Shown here: one piece after another, positions 35,005-49,269 of the stretch
Layout of the letters: each line of letters opens with the position of its first letter
Numbering within the stretch: position 1 is the first letter of the stretch
Assembly (NCBI GenBank): GCA_964187785.1
Contig: OZ076409.1
Span: 92,320,001 to 92,384,000, forward strand
DNA length: 64,000 bases
DNA from: Amphiscolops sp. MND2022
Lineage: Eukaryota
Direction: 5' to 3'
Notes under the pieces: generated by a model
Told to the model about the DNA's origin: nothing
What the model saw: only the letters and a program-made list of their open reading frames with translations
Databases searched by the model: none
Translations under genes and position numbers: made by a program

Positions 35005-38000
35005 TGTTGTATCTCACAAATAAGTATGAAAAAAATGTAATGCTGAAGCTTCTATTCTGTATCAAAGTATTAAGGTTAAGTGAATAGGTCAGCATATGTA
35101 TGTTAAATGGTAGTACTATTGACTGGTACTAAATTGTCAGTACTACTATTTTTAGCACGTATGTAAATAAGTACATAATATGACGTCATGTCACATTCCC
35201 CCTTCCTTCGGGATGTAAGTGTACATACAGTGTAACTATAAATAAATATAACAAAGATGAACTCAAAGTTAAACTCAAATTTCAAACGGTAGATTTAGCA
35301 CCGAATGATCAAAGTGTTTGTTTCTATTTTAGGTACGGTTTCCACCGTACAATCTTCTTCTTCTTCTTTTATCGGTTTTCTTCTTTCTTCTGAGTGTGCT
35401 CCTTCCGGTCGTTGTTTCTTGCTTCTCTTACTGGCTGTCGTTTGCGTTCCATTTGTTAACGGTGTTACCTGTAATAGTCAGAATGTGATTGGATTTCCAT
35501 ATCTATTTATTGGTTTAGTGGATCTTAGTCTAGTTGACTTTCGTATATTTTGTTCGTTTTGGTTTTCGTTTGGTTCTATGTTTTCAGACTTTATTAAATC
35601 GGTATTACCGTTTTGATCTACCACTGTGATTACATTTGGATCTTCTTCTGTTGTTGGTCTTGCATTGATTGTTGCTCCAGGTGTTGGTGTGTTCTTTCTG
35701 TCTCTGATTACCTTCTTTCGTCCTCTGCCGTACACTGGGCTGATGTTTGTGTTCTCCCAGTCTAGTTCTGGAGTCATTGAGGTCAGTGTGTTGTTTAACA
35801 CGTTTTCTTCTAGCACCGGTGTACTGCATCTTTCTGAGTGTTCCGCTGTATTGATGTTCTCCTCCTGTTGTTCGATCGTTGTGAACCTTCCATCTTTTCC
35901 CCTCGGGTTTTCTCCTCGTCGGGATAGAGGATTGTCTTCCTTTAGTTTTCTCGGGGTTTTCATTACCAGTTGATCGTATGTTCCGTTTCCGTTGGTAAAT
36001 GAATACACTTGCAGCGTCTCTGGTCTTGCTGAAACATTGTATTGTTTATTAGGTGACACATTCAAGTAATTATGAATTTCCGTTCGTGGCTTTCTGCCGT
36101 AATGACGTTCGAATGGTGTTTCTTTTATGCTTGAATGGATCGTCATTCTCATTACATGTAATGAACGGCTTAATGCCTCGTTTATTACGTAACCTTCTTC
36201 GAGGTTAGTTCGTAAGTACTCTTTCAGTGTTTTGATTCCTCTTTCTACCAAACCAGTAGGGGTATGAGTATACGGTGTTCCGTAAATTAATTTTATATTT
36301 AGTGATTTACAAAAATCTCTAAATTTCTTTCCGGTGAAGGCCGTGCCTTTATCTGTTCTTATGGTTTGTGGTAAACCATTTAGTGTTATGTATTGTTCCA
36401 AAAGGTTCTTTGCTGTTTTTCCGGTTGGTGTTTCACAAATACATGCCGCCGGCCATCTGCTATACCGGTCTATTGAGAGCAATATGTAAAATCTCCGGTG
36501 TTTAAATCTTATTGGTCCAATGAAATCCAATTGGATTTCTTGGTTGGTTTTTTCCGCCGGTAGTAAGTAGTTAATTTCAGTCATTGGTAATTGTGGTTTA
36601 ATGTTCTTACCTGCCATTTTGCACGGGATGCATTCGTCGCATTTTTGCTGTATGTCCCGAATCAGTCGTGGCCACCAAAACGGTTTGGCTGCTGCTGTCA
36701 TTTTATTTATGGCCGCGTGCCCTTTGTGTATTAACCTTATAACGGTTGTCCTGAGTGATTTTGGAATAATAATTCGGTCGTCGTAGAATACCACACCGAA
36801 TCTCGTTGATAGTTGTCTTTGGTAGGCTTTGTATTCTTCCGGGATTTGTTCTAATGTTCTTCGTTCGAGGCATACTAATGTTTTTAGTAGTTTCTCGTCG
36901 TCAGTTGTTTCTTTAGCAATTGTTCTCAGGTCAGTTGCAAATTTCTGCTCCGCTTGTCTAATTGTTTCTTCTAAATCCCATTTGATTTCTTCTTGTATAT
37001 GACTGGCTTGTCCCATTTGAAAATATCGGACACCGGTTGCTCCGATGTATTTTTTGAAATTTATTGCGGGAACGCCCAGGGATTCAATTGAACTTGTTGA
37101 TTCTGTTTCTACTTCTGGTGAATCTTCTTGTTCTTGTGTTACGCTGCTTGTTTCTAATTGTTTTTCCTGTTTTTGTGACAAGTTTCGGATTTTTTCGATG
37201 ACCCGGTACAGCTCATTTCTTCGTTCGTTTTCTTCTCCTGCTTCTTCATCTTGTTCTTCCATGCGATTCCAGAGCATTCTGTTTCTTCGTTAGTTCAGAG
37301 TCATTTCAATCCGTTTTATTTCTGCTCTGTGATGTCTTGGCGGGTTATAATTTTTCCAAGCTCCGTTTAATGTTCTGTACTGTCCGGGTTTGACTAGTTC
37401 TCTCCAGCGTTTCGTCAAGTTTAGTGTTTCTTCAGAATGATCTTCTTTTTCAATTTGTTCGATTCGACGAATGTCCATTGTTGTTTCTTGAACGGTTTGA
37501 ATGGTATTGAGTTTATTTGTATCGACTGTATTTGAATGTGGTAGCGATGAACTGCGTTTGTTTGCTTTGTTCTCTCTTGACTTCGGTTTGTTTGGTCTGC
37601 TTCGCTCTGATTGGTTGACGATTTGTTCACGCTGTTCGTTTTGATCCGTTCGCGCTTCTAATTTCTTTTGACTGGCGACGCTGCCATAATTGTTGATGAA
37701 CTCGAGTAAAGGCATTATGCAATTAATTACGTACTCTTCATCGTAATTTTCGATCAGTTCTGGTTTTGAGGTTGGGTTTTTGCTCAGATAATCGGTTAGT
37801 GCTAAATGTTTTCCGGCGATATGTTTGATGTTTATATCAAAATGAGCCAAGCGGTCTAACCATCTTGTTAATCTTGCACTATATGTTTTGTTCGTTCGAT
37901 TTCTTTTGATTAATGGTTCCAACGCTTGGTGATCTGTTAGTAGTTCTATTGGCTTTCCGTATATGTATAATCGAAAGTGTTCCAATCCCCACACTACTGC

Positions 38001-40741
38001 CAGTAGTTCTAGTTCATTTATCGCATATTTCTTTTCTGTGTCCGATAAATATCTGCTTGCCAATCCGACTGGTTTTAAATTTCCATCTTTTTGTCTTTGC
38101 CATAACGTTGCCCCCAGTCCTTTTGTACTGGCATCTGTGGTGATTATGTTTTCGTTTTGTGCGTTATAATGTGCCAGGCATGGTATTTTGGTTATGCCTT
38201 TTTTTAGCTTGTTGAATGCTTCTGTGTGTTCGTCTGTCCAAATCCATTCGTTTTGTTTCAATAGCTTTCTCAGTACGTCTGTGTTCGCTGACAAATTTTC
38301 GATGTACTTCGATAAGTATTGTATTGCTACCAGGAATGATTTTAATTCTTTTTCGTTTTTTTGGTATGTTGATTTTTGTGATGGCTTCTAGTTAATCTTG
38401 TAATGGTCGTATTCCTTGCTGGTCAATTTTGTGTCCTACCCATTCGATTTCTTTTTTGAAAAATTTGCACTTTTTTGGGTTTAGTCTATAGCCAGCTTCT
38501 TCCAATTTCTTCATTGTCTCCCGAACTTCCGTTTTGTGTTCGTCAATGCTTCCTTTGGTGACTATAATGATGTCGTCTAACCATGCCGGGTGTTTGTGTT
38601 CAAGTGTCGTGTCTATCCGTTCTTGAAAAATTGTTGGTATATCGGCCAGTCCGTAAAATCCTTTCAAGAAACGATAGTATCCGGTAAAATCCCCTCCTGT
38701 TACAGTGAATTTACAAAGGTTTTCTGTATTTTCGTCGAGTTTAATCTGACCGTAGGCGTAGTCAAAATCTAATTTTGTTGCCAAAATTTCGCCTTCTTAT
38801 CCTTCTTATCCATCTTTCTTGATATCCGTGAAATTAGCTCTTCCATATTTGGCATCTGAGCTTTTCTCTTTATTATAACTTCGTTGATATTTCTGGAGTC
38901 TAGGGCAATATTTATTGATTTGTCTTTTTTCACTGTAATCACTGCGGGACTCACAAAACAATCTTCGGTGATTTCCGTTGCTCTTTCCAACTATACGTGT
39001 TTGATAAGTCGTTTTAGTTCTAGTGCCACTTGGTCTTGTAGGTGTATTGGGATCGGTCTTCCTTTTTGTTGTATTATTTGTGCCCCTTCTTTCAATTGTA
39101 CTTTGACTGAGAGGTTCTTTATCTCTTTGTTTTTGTAGAATAAATCTTTGAAGTCGTTCTGGAGTTTTAGTATTTTCTTGTCCATGTTGTCTAGTTTTAT
39201 ATTGTGGATTTGGATTGCGGATTGCTTCGTTATTTGAGCTCAGGTTGATTTTTAACCGTTACATCCAGTCCAATCCCATCAATGGTGATGTTTTCGCTTT
39301 TGTAATCAGTAGTGGTAATTCAATTGTCTCTTTGTTTGTTTTCACCAGTGCGTTCGTTTGTCCAGTAAATTCAATCCTTTGATTGTTTACATCTTTGTAA
39401 GTGGTTTTGAGTAATTTAATTGTGGTTATATCGTTGAATAAGCACTCTGGAATTAGTGTTACTGGTGAGCCGCTGTCTATGATGAATTTTATTGGTACGT
39501 TGTTGACCAATAGTGTTCCGTTGTAGAAATCTTTCTTCTGTTCTTTATCGTTTATTCTTTGGATTCTATTGTAATCCCAGTTATCTTCTTCTGCTGATGA
39601 CGTTGTTTTTTCGATGTACTAAACTCTTTTTGTGGATCTACACTTTTTTTCATAGTGTCCTCTTCTTTTGCAATTTCTGCATTCTGCCATTTTCGCCGGG
39701 CATATGTGTTGTCTTGTCCAGTTTGGTGCGCCACAATGTCCGCATCGGTTATCTCTTTGTTTTTTTTTGATTTTCCGGTCGTCTTTTCGATTTATCTTGA
39801 TCGGTTTTGTCTGTCCACTTTCTTTTGTGTGGCCGTTCTTGCACATGTTTAATCTCCTTTCCATCATTCGAATTGTTCGATTCGTTCAATCGGTCGTACA
39901 TGTGCTCGTGTATTAATGCTTTTATTGTCTCTATCGTCATGTCACTCTTTCGGATTTTCTTTTTTAATTCGTAGTCACCGGCTGACCGTCCGATTACAGA
40001 GAGAAATTTTGAGGCTATTAGTTCGGCTGGTGTCACATTCTCGAACTCGCAATTCTTTTCCACTTGTAATATTCTGGTCCACACATCTTCCGCTGTTTCA
40101 TGTTTTTCTCTAGTTATCCCAAAGAAATCTGCTCTGCTGTGAAATTTGTTTCGTTCCGGTATGAAGTGTAACCGGAACAGTGAATATAGTTGGTTAATGT
40201 CCTTTTTATTTGGATCATTATCTCTAACGGTTCTTGTCATTTCCGTTATCGCTGACTCGCCCAGTGCCCATATAAATAAATCTTTGATCCGGTGTTCCAG
40301 ATCGTCTCTGTAGTTCGGCAATATTTCGCGATCTGTTGTCATTTCGTTTAGATCGATGTTTTGAGTCATCTTTATATACTGGGTGAACCTTCTCCACCAT
40401 AATTTTGCCTCTTGTATTCCCCGTTTCTCGAACGTTGGTAACATTTTTTGATGCGTTTTTTCTGTTTTTGCATTTGCTCTTTCGGGTAGTTCCCCACTTG
40501 ATGAGCTTGTGCTTTCTGATGATTTTTGACTCTCCATCTTGCTTACTGCGCCATGTTGTATCTCACAAATAAGTATGAAAAGAATGTAATGCTGAAGCTT
40601 CTTTTCTGTATCAAAGTATTAAGGTTAAGTGAATAGGTCAGCATATGTATGTTAAATGGTAGTACTCTTGACTGGTACTAAATTGTCAGTACTATTTTTA
40701 GCACGTATGTAAATAAGTACATAATATGACGTCATGTCACA
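35005..40741 (-). mobile_element. Ty3/Gypsy (Mag-like) LTR retrotransposon, copy B
   Basis: LTRs 35005-35195 and 40554-40741 (3 substitutions and a 3-bp indel by eye); TSD AAAAA; PBS TGGCGCAGT; PPT GGAAGGGGGAA. Confidence 0.95.
35478..40537 (-). pseudogene. gag-pol of Mag-like copy B
   Basis: Double knuckle CGHC...HIC and CRNCKRRGHYEKKC; FIIDSGS protease; WLDD RT; RNase H; HKGH...CIPC, DFIG, TDKG, VER integrase; frameshifts. Confidence 0.93.
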
Positions 40742-40922
40742 AAAAAACATTGCAAAAACATTGCAAAAAACATTGCAAAAAACCTTTTGTCCTTCGAAAC
40801 TCGTCATTTCCCATCGTGTGGGTGATCCCCCCCCCCAAGACGATTAAAAACGGGATCACATTTAGTTTCAAGCAGACAATTACTAGGTTAGATAGACACT
40901 ACGAACAGTCTCCACGTTAGTA

Positions 40923-43080
40923 ATGAGAAGTCCACCAGAAAAAAGTGAAAACGAGGAAGCTCATTCACGTTTCCAGTCTCCTGTTCTGACATGTAAAACT
41001 CAAGAAGAAAATGAAGAAAAGTTCGAAAAAATACACGACAAGATTTCCACTTTGAAGGCGATCATCGTCACTTTGAAGGACGGCAACGTCTTTTTTGCAG
41101 AGCCATCTGACATGGTGAGAAGAGTCAACAGGACTCACAGATCGGGAAATAGACATCAGTGTCGCAGTCAAAATGATTCGAATGAAGATGACGACATCTC
41201 AACGATCGAAGATGCCCTGCTCAGCGAATTCAGGATCTACATGGCAATCACAGACGTCGAATTGAAAACTCCTCCAGACACCCAGACACTCATTCCAAAC
41301 TTCGGTGGCTCAAAGGATAAATAGGACGAGTTCGAACTTTTACTACTCAACCTCTATTGACCAATGGCTAACAAAATTACAGAGGAAGACAAAAGCCATT
41401 TCTTCGAAAACTTTCTCAGGTAAGAGGCCATCGATTACTAGTAAATCATGGCCATCAACTCGGCGACCACACTCAACGGTGTTCCCAAGAAAAGAGTTTG
41501 CAAAAGAAGACAACCGGAAAGCTGCAGTTTACAAACGGAACGAGTTTCGCAACGACCCCACAGCGCAAACGTTTCGTGTTTTCCTCCCCAACAGTTTTTC
41601 CTCCCCCAAAGTTTCAACAACTCGAAATTATGACTGCTATTCCAAATTTACTTCGACTCGACTTAACCGCCCTCCATGTCAACACAAGTTCTGGGAGCCT
41701 TCCCACGACACATCCAAAGCAGACGAAGTGTAACTGAAAAAACACTCATAATTGATGAGCAACCGATGAAGAGAGCAGCTCCCCACAAGTTCAGCTGCTT
41801 CACTCCATTAGACGATACACTCAATGACCAAACGATGACCAGGCAAGACGACGCTGAGACAAGGACGAACGATGCCAAAGAGATGAACCCTCAACTACAA
41901 CAGACGGCAACTTTTCGAAACAAACAAATAAGCGACTCTACCGAACCACTTAGCACTCGTAACCATGTAGCACTGTGTAAAAATCTATTTCCCACTCGAC
42001 AATTAAACAAAAACGATGAGATATTTTATGCCCCTTCCAGTTTAACACAAAATAATCAATGCCTGCTTGACTCAGGAGCAATACAATACGCTGTTTACCG
42101 AACACAATTACTCACAATTTCAACAGCCTTTCCTGCCGCTTCAGCCGAAGTGTTATTCCCTCCTAAGATCAAAGTTCAAGTAGCCAATTAAACATTAATC
42201 ACCATTCGAAAACAAGTTCTGTTGCGTTCTTTTTATCACAGGCAGTTTTGCATAAAATTTTTTGTTGCCAGCTATGGGCACCATTTGCATAGGTAAGTCT
42301 CCTTTGGATTTGGGCATCACTCAGTGAATTTGGGCATCAAAAACCACTTTCTTCGTCTTCCAAATCACAGAATGTCCCTGCAGGTTCGACAACAAACAAC
42401 GAAAAAATTTAAACACTAGTTAATCTGGTTTATTATCTAGTTGCAGAACTGTAATCTTCTTTAATTGATACAGGTCCACAGTGTCGCGGATATTTCACGA
42501 ATCAATGGAATAGTCGGAATGACAATGATGACAATGAAACAAGTCACAAACCCAAATGAGCACATCTACTCTCTAGGGAGCAACATCAAACTTGCAATTT
42601 CTTGCTTTTCAGCATCAAATCAAGCAGCAAACATGACCCAGATGTCTGTGGAACACCTGATGTTGATTACTGAGTACCCAGACGGTCGGAAATAAATGCT
42701 AAGTTATCTCCTCGTTAAGCCTGACATGCAAGTGACAACAAGGCACCCCACACCAACGACATGTAGTGATCAACTCAACAAGATTGAACGAAAGATTTTC
42801 GATAAAAATTCAGCACCATGACAACTGAAAAAGATGGGCCCTAAGAGATACCATGACAAAAGAAGCAAGTTACTGCAGAACTTCAAGTGGTCAACTTACT
42901 TCTCACTCCGTCGCAAGAGGCTTAAGTAAAGGAGATGCTGGTAAAGCAGTACCATATGTGTTCCCGGAAGTGCAGCAAGTCATACCGGAGCGTACTGGGC
43001 ACGAAATCATTCTAGTAGAGGAACAATGCGTTTTCTGCACAGAGTCCTCACTTCACTTCACTTACCATCATCTTAATGAC
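40923..43080 (+). pseudogene. Highly decayed Ty3/Gypsy gag-protease fragment
   Basis: IPNFGGSKDK...FE...RKEFAKED capsid-like stretch; CLLDSGA protease motif near 42060. Confidence 0.6.
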
Positions 43081-45586
43081 AACGCTTTCTCACGGGTTGG
43101 AGTCTATGTGCTAACCACTCCATTCACATTCATCACTTGCAAGGAGCGAAACGTGTTCAATCGAATGCTCGGTAATGTCCTGGTCGACCTCGACATACTG
43201 CTTTCCTGGCGGGTCTCGGTATAGGGCTCCATATTGCCAGGGAACCTCTGGAAGACCATCAAAGGCAGCGTCTTTCTTCCGCGTACGCTTGACGGTTGAC
43301 AGAAGCTGCTTCTCACTGCGGAAGCAAACTGCAACCCTCCTCACTGATCCGATGGTGTAACTCAGCACATGATTGTCACGTATAACAATGGGATGTTCTG
43401 TTGCCTCAAGATATTCTTTCATGCTCCGTTCCCTCACCCGAGTCAAAGGAAGCTTCCCCGACTCCAGATCCATTTTCAGGCCAAATGCAGCCGCAAGCGC
43501 ATTCATCTTTATAAACGCAACCCTTTACTATTTTTCAACTATACTTGTAGTCGAAATTATGATTTGTATGTTTTGGTTGAAAATGAATTTTTGAATTCAT
43601 AAATGTTCACAGTGATAACAACGCGCTAATGGTTATTTTTGATTTGTTGACCTTTCCCATCCCCATCCGCATTGCTTTTGACCGAAGACATGATTTAAGT
43701 TGGCTTTGTACGACGCAGACCGAAACTTACAATATGTTTTGCAATTGTTTGCAACATGTTTGTTAGCCAATAAGTGTGCAGTTGCAAATTTCCAAACTAC
43801 ATAATCCGGTGTCTTTTGTGTGATTTCACTGGCACATGAGTTCTGAATCTTGTGCTTCATTGACACAGACCCTACCCATTATGGGAGCGGTGAACTGTTT
43901 TGAACTGCAGAAAGAACAGGCAAAAAGACATAGTCTTTTACTTTAAAAAAAACTTTTGAAGCTTTCACTCAGTTTTGTTCGAATTTTCTGTAGAAAATTG
44001 AAGTCACAAGCAATAAGCAAAGCGTTCTCGCATCCAACAGAGGGACATCGGCGCGAACATAACCTTTAGCAGGAATGGAATGGACAAACAACTAGGAGGA
44101 TGTCAAGCTCCTCATTAAAAAAAAACAAAACCTCTAGCCAATTTCAACTTAGAATGGATATTTTTGAAAGTGAATATTTTCTGGAAGAAAACGGGACAAT
44201 CTCCCCGTGGTTTGTGTGATCCTTCAGCCCAATTGCAGCGAGTTGTTTTTTCAATCGTCTCTGTCGTCACAAGACATTCAAATCTGTGAAGCTGTTCATC
44301 ATGCCATCACAACACTCACGCTTGGTTCATCTCGTATGTTCACCTTTCGTGCTTACAGTAACAAATAATATGATGCCTGGTTCTACATGCAACAATGAAA
44401 TTTAAATAAAAGCATAAAGTAAAAAATAGTCACTGTGGAACATTGATTGCTGTAAAAAGTGAGTATGCATTGAGAGAAATTTCCTCACCAGGCATCTTGA
44501 AAAAAGACTGTGTGCGCCTTGATGCTTCTTCAAGGAAGATTCTGCTAGCTTCCATTTACCTTCCTTCTTCGGATAGCCCTTATCGTTGGTCGGCGTAGAG
44601 ATTCAATAAGCCTACTCTACGCAAGATAGGCGATTGACAAATCATTTTCCTTTTTCTGTTGATCTTGATAGTAAACATTTGAGGAATGTGGTCATCAAGG
44701 AAACACCTCACTCCTACTCTCGCGTTGACTGGGAAGACGTTATTCGTCACATAGAAGGGAATCCATTCACAGGATATTGTTGTAGTAATGTTGACGTTCT
44801 GGTGGACTTATGGTACAACTGGTTAAAAAAATTCAGTAGGACGTCATTCCCAAGCGGACAAAGCAGAGGGCCAGCTTGCCGCCATTGATCAGTACAGCTT
44901 CAAAAATAATTCGAAACATGAAGTCCTTTGAACAAAATCAACTGCGTTCGTTCTCATTGAAGCGTGCGCAGAAAACTATTGAACTAACTTCTAATCTCAG
45001 GCAGCCACAGATAAAAAGGTATACGAGGAGGAAGTTTTCAAAATGCGAAATTACGATCAATTTCATCGCTAATTCAAAAAGGCTCGAAGTCTTGTAGAAA
45101 CGCCAGACACAATGAATCTGCAAAACGTAAAGGTTTAGTTAGACCTTGACGAGGCGAATGTGTTCAACAATTGTTTCGTGAGTGTCTCCAAAGAAAAACG
45201 GGAACCAGTTTATTCATTTCCTCTTACCTCGAGCTCACCGAACATGTTTATGTCAAATGCGCCCTTGCCAGTCGAATCAATTGAAGGAACTTTGGCTAAG
45301 CCTAGTGGTAACAAAGCATGTGGAGCTAATAAAGTACCAAAGGTTTTGCTGGAAAACTGTTCAAAATCTCCTTCCCTGTCTATTTAATTTTTGCTGAGGA
45401 ACTTCTGCAACAAGAGAAAGTTCGCATCTAAATGGAAGCAGTCAATGATGGTTCTTTCATTGAAAAAAATTGACAAGGCAAACATTGCGTTGAATAAACC
45501 AGTTGCTCTTCTTAGCACTGTTTCCAAAATATTCGACAGAAAATTAAATAAAATTTTGTATAATCAGTTCAGGTATGTCATTAACA

Positions 45587-46022
45587 GGGCGTCTCATAAT
45601 AGCGTCGAACTTTGACATGTCGAATACCTGACGTCGAATCATTAGAGTCGTTAAACAACGTCGAATGTAGTCGAACAATTGCAACTAACTACACCAAACA
45701 AGCCTTTCCCCACATAATATGAGGTCATATACGGTGTATGCATACTCGCCCTCATCGTCGCAAAGACCAGCTCACACTACGATTGCACCGCTAGGTCTTT
45801 GCTCCTGTTTGGTCTCGCTTAGCAAGATGGGAATACTAGTGTAAACGGGGGGGGATTATCCGAGTGTCAAAAACATTGTTATTTGCGATGCAAATGTATT
45901 ATTGGTGATTTACCACTTGCATCGACGCATTTACTTCGACAAAAGTCTTTCGACAATGGGACTTCGACGCTAGGACGAAGCTTCAAATTCGACGATAGGA
46001 ATTTGACCGTCTTATGGTTCCC
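45587..46022. mobile_element. MITE with GTCGAA/TTCGAC-iterated arms
   Basis: 9-bp TSD TCATTAACA (45578-45586, 46023-46031); GGG...CCC ends. Confidence 0.75.
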
Positions 46023-46648
46023 TCATTAACAGATGCCAAAATGCTTTTACTCATAGTAGATGGGCAAAATTACAATTCCTTAAATATTTGGAATACGTGT
46101 ATAAAACGAGGGATTACAACAATTGCTCCTACATTGTATCTGTAGATGAAGACTTCGAAAAAGCATTTGCCAAGTTCTGCCGTTACACTTTAGGACGGAA
46201 ACTTCGGGTAGATGGGGTGCGGGGAGCTGTTCCAGATAATTGCTGATTATTTGCAATGTCGAACTGAAGTTGTTCGAATGAAAAAGCATATATCAAGTGA
46301 ACAAGAGGTTTGCAGCAATGTGCCGCAAGGCTCCCTGTTAGGCCCCCTGATCTTTGTGATCCATGTAGTTGGTATCCCGGGACTTATTGAAGCTAGATGC
46401 AAAGAGTTTCCAGACGTTTTCAGGCTTTATACCAGCACCTTGAAGAAAATCTAACTCTTGAGAGTTTGGCAACGTGGTGTAAAGAAAACGATGTGAGCGT
46501 AAATGTTCCGAAAGGTGTATCTCAGTTATTCAGTGGAAAAATCAAACGACACCTTCCAGTTTTCAGAGCAAGTTTCCTTTGAGAAAAAAATTCAGAAAAG
46601 GATCTTGGTGTCACTATCAATGACAAATTGAGTTGGGCAAGCTGAGAT

Positions 46649-47552
46649 GGGTCAGGGACTATTCGTCACTAGCCATTTGGGCAACAATATGGCGTCGGTC
46701 ACATGGGCGACAAAAGTGTCGACCAAATGGGTTGATCAAATTGATCAATTAACTGATGTATTTAAAGAGGTTAGCATATTTGTTGTATGTCTTGGTCGCT
46801 TCGCTCCTTTCGCTCCCTTCGCTCCCTTCGCCAAGTAGCAACACGAACAGGACGTTTCGGCGAAGACGTTTCGGCAAAAAAAGTTCGAGACGTTTCGGCA
46901 ACTTGTTCTTGTCGAAACGTTCCGTATTATCTTGGTTTTGTTTTTGGTGTTCTAGAAACTGGACCTAACCAGTTTGTAGAAATCCAAAAACAAAACCAAG
47001 ATTATATACCAGTTTGTAGAGTTATGGAATTGAAGAAAAACGATATGACCATTATTGTAGGAATGATGCAAAGCATAAAGCGTGCCTCGGGTATGTCCGC
47101 ATTTCCTCTAAGGCCCCGCGGCCCCTTGGGGACGCATATATTCCCATCTTGCTAAGCGAGAGCGAACAGGAGCAAAGACCTAGCGGGAACGGGGATCGCG
47201 AAGCGATCGTAGTGGGAGCTGGTCTTTGCGACAGTGAGGGCGAGCGTGCATACACCGGATATGCCCCACATATTTATACGAAACGTTTCGGCAAAAATTT
47301 TTAGCCTGAGACGTTCCGGCATATTTGTTTTGCCGAAACGTCCGCCGCCATGTTTTTGCCGAAACGTCCGGAATCCGTAGAAACATTGAGGCATGGCCAT
47401 ATGGCACGTCGCTCCGCTTCGCTTCGCTCCTGCATTTAGGGCACTAGGGGTATGTGAACATGTTTGACGGGACATTTGGGCGACATTATTTGCGCCGAAA
47501 TGGGCAAAAATTTTTGTCGCCCAAAGGGCTGGTGACGAAACGTCCCTGCCCC
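46649..47552. mobile_element. MITE with nested insertions
   Basis: TIR GGGTCAGGGACTATTCGTCACTAGCCATTTGGGC versus inverted right end; TSD GCTGAGAT(G); the LINE resumes after it. Confidence 0.8.
46844..47377. mobile_element. MITE with GACGTTTCGGC-iterated arms, nested in 46649-47552
   Basis: Flanked by TAGCAACA/TAGAAACA; the empty site is seen intact near 61800. Confidence 0.75.
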
Positions 47553-49269
47553 GCTGAGATGTACCAAGGCATATTCCATGTTCCATTTGCTTGGAGGAAT
47601 ATTTTCACTAGAAATAAAGGCCACGACCAAGCTTATCCTCTACTGTGGCATACTTGTACTAGTTTTAACACACGGAATGCAAGTTATGCATGCAAATGCT
47701 CTGGAGAACAGTACAAGCATTGATGTCAAGTCAAGATCGAGAATCAAGAAAATTCTTGAGAAAATTGAGAATTTCCAAAAATCAAGACAAGAAAAAGAAA
47801 TGAAGCCTTTAAAGAACCCGAAACAAGACAAGAACAACAAACAATAATTTTCAAAAAAATTTCCAAAATCAAGAAATTGGCAAACAACAAGGAGCCAAAC
47901 GGCATCGTAAAGGAAAATTCGATGAGATGGAATTCAGTCCATGCTTGAACGTTTTCTCAGAAAGCAACGGTACATCTATCGGCTGCTTCCTGAAGAATTG
48001 GAAGATTTCAACCGGGATACTTTGTCTACAATTGTCAAATGTCAAAAACCTCGGAGTATGGAACCAGTGTGGAGAATCCAGTTTGTAGAAAAGTGAGATC
48101 CAGTTTGTGAGATTTTTTTTCTACAATTTGGATTCTAAAAAATGGTATTCTACAAACTGGATCAAACCAGTTTGTTGAATACCAGTTTGTAGGTTTCTGC
48201 AATTGAAGAAAAACAATAAGACCAATAATGTGGAAATGATGCAAAGTAAAAAACGTGCCTCGGATATGTCCCTATTTGCTCTAGTGGCCTGCGGCCCCTT
48301 GGGGCCGCTTATATTCCCATCTTGCTAAGCGAGGTCGAACAGGAGCAAAGACCTAGCGCGAACGGAGATCGCGAAGCGATCGTAGTGGAAGCTGGTCTTT
48401 GCGACGGTGAGGGCGAGCGTGCATACACCGCATGTGCCCCACATTATCATATTTCCGGGAGTTGACATATTTATTCCTTAAGTTGGAATGGAGTTGGCTT
48501 AATTTTGTGGTCACTTGGCTCAAAATGACGCTTTAAGCCAAATGACTCGACAAAAAAATTAGGCCAAATGGTATTAAGCCAAGTGACTTGTAACCGGTCT
48601 AACCCCTTTATGATCTAATATGTGTTCTGAAAGCGAAAATATAATGTGGGGCATATGCGATGTATGCACGCTCACCCTCACCGTCGCAAAGTCCAGCTCC
48701 CACTACGATCGCTTCGCGATCTCCGTTCCCGCTAGGTCTTTGCTCCTGTTCGACCTCGCATAGGAAGATGGGAACATAGGCGGCCCCAAGGGGCCGTCGG
48801 GCACTAGAGGAAATGGGGACATATCCGAGGCACGTTTTATATTTTATATCTCTTTTTAGTTCTAGATACTAATTGACATATTTTTTTTTCTCAATTTAGA
48901 TCAAATTAGAAGAGATTTTTAGACCTGATTATTTAGATCAATTTGTTTAGATCTCAGTTTTGCCCCCTCTCTTAGATCTATTTCATTAGACCTGATTCCA
49001 CGTTGCTAGCAAAGAGATCGTTGTGGGAGCTGGTCTTTGCGAGTGAGGGCGAGCGTGCATACACCGGATATACCCCACTTTGAGTTTTTAGATCTTTATC
49101 CTTCAGATCTTAGGCTGTGGAGCTCTCAGGATCTTGTGTGAAGGATGTCCAGTTTGTAGAATATAATGATCCAGTTTGTAAAATTCAGTTATCCAGTTTG
49201 TAGAAAAATCATTCTACAAACCGGACCACATAGGACCAGTTTGTAGAAATCTACAAACTGGTATTCTAC

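Noticed and set aside
40742..40785. (AAAAACATTGC)x3 next to the LTR as a targeting signal
   Set aside because: A simple micro-repeat on one flank only, not seen at the related copy A
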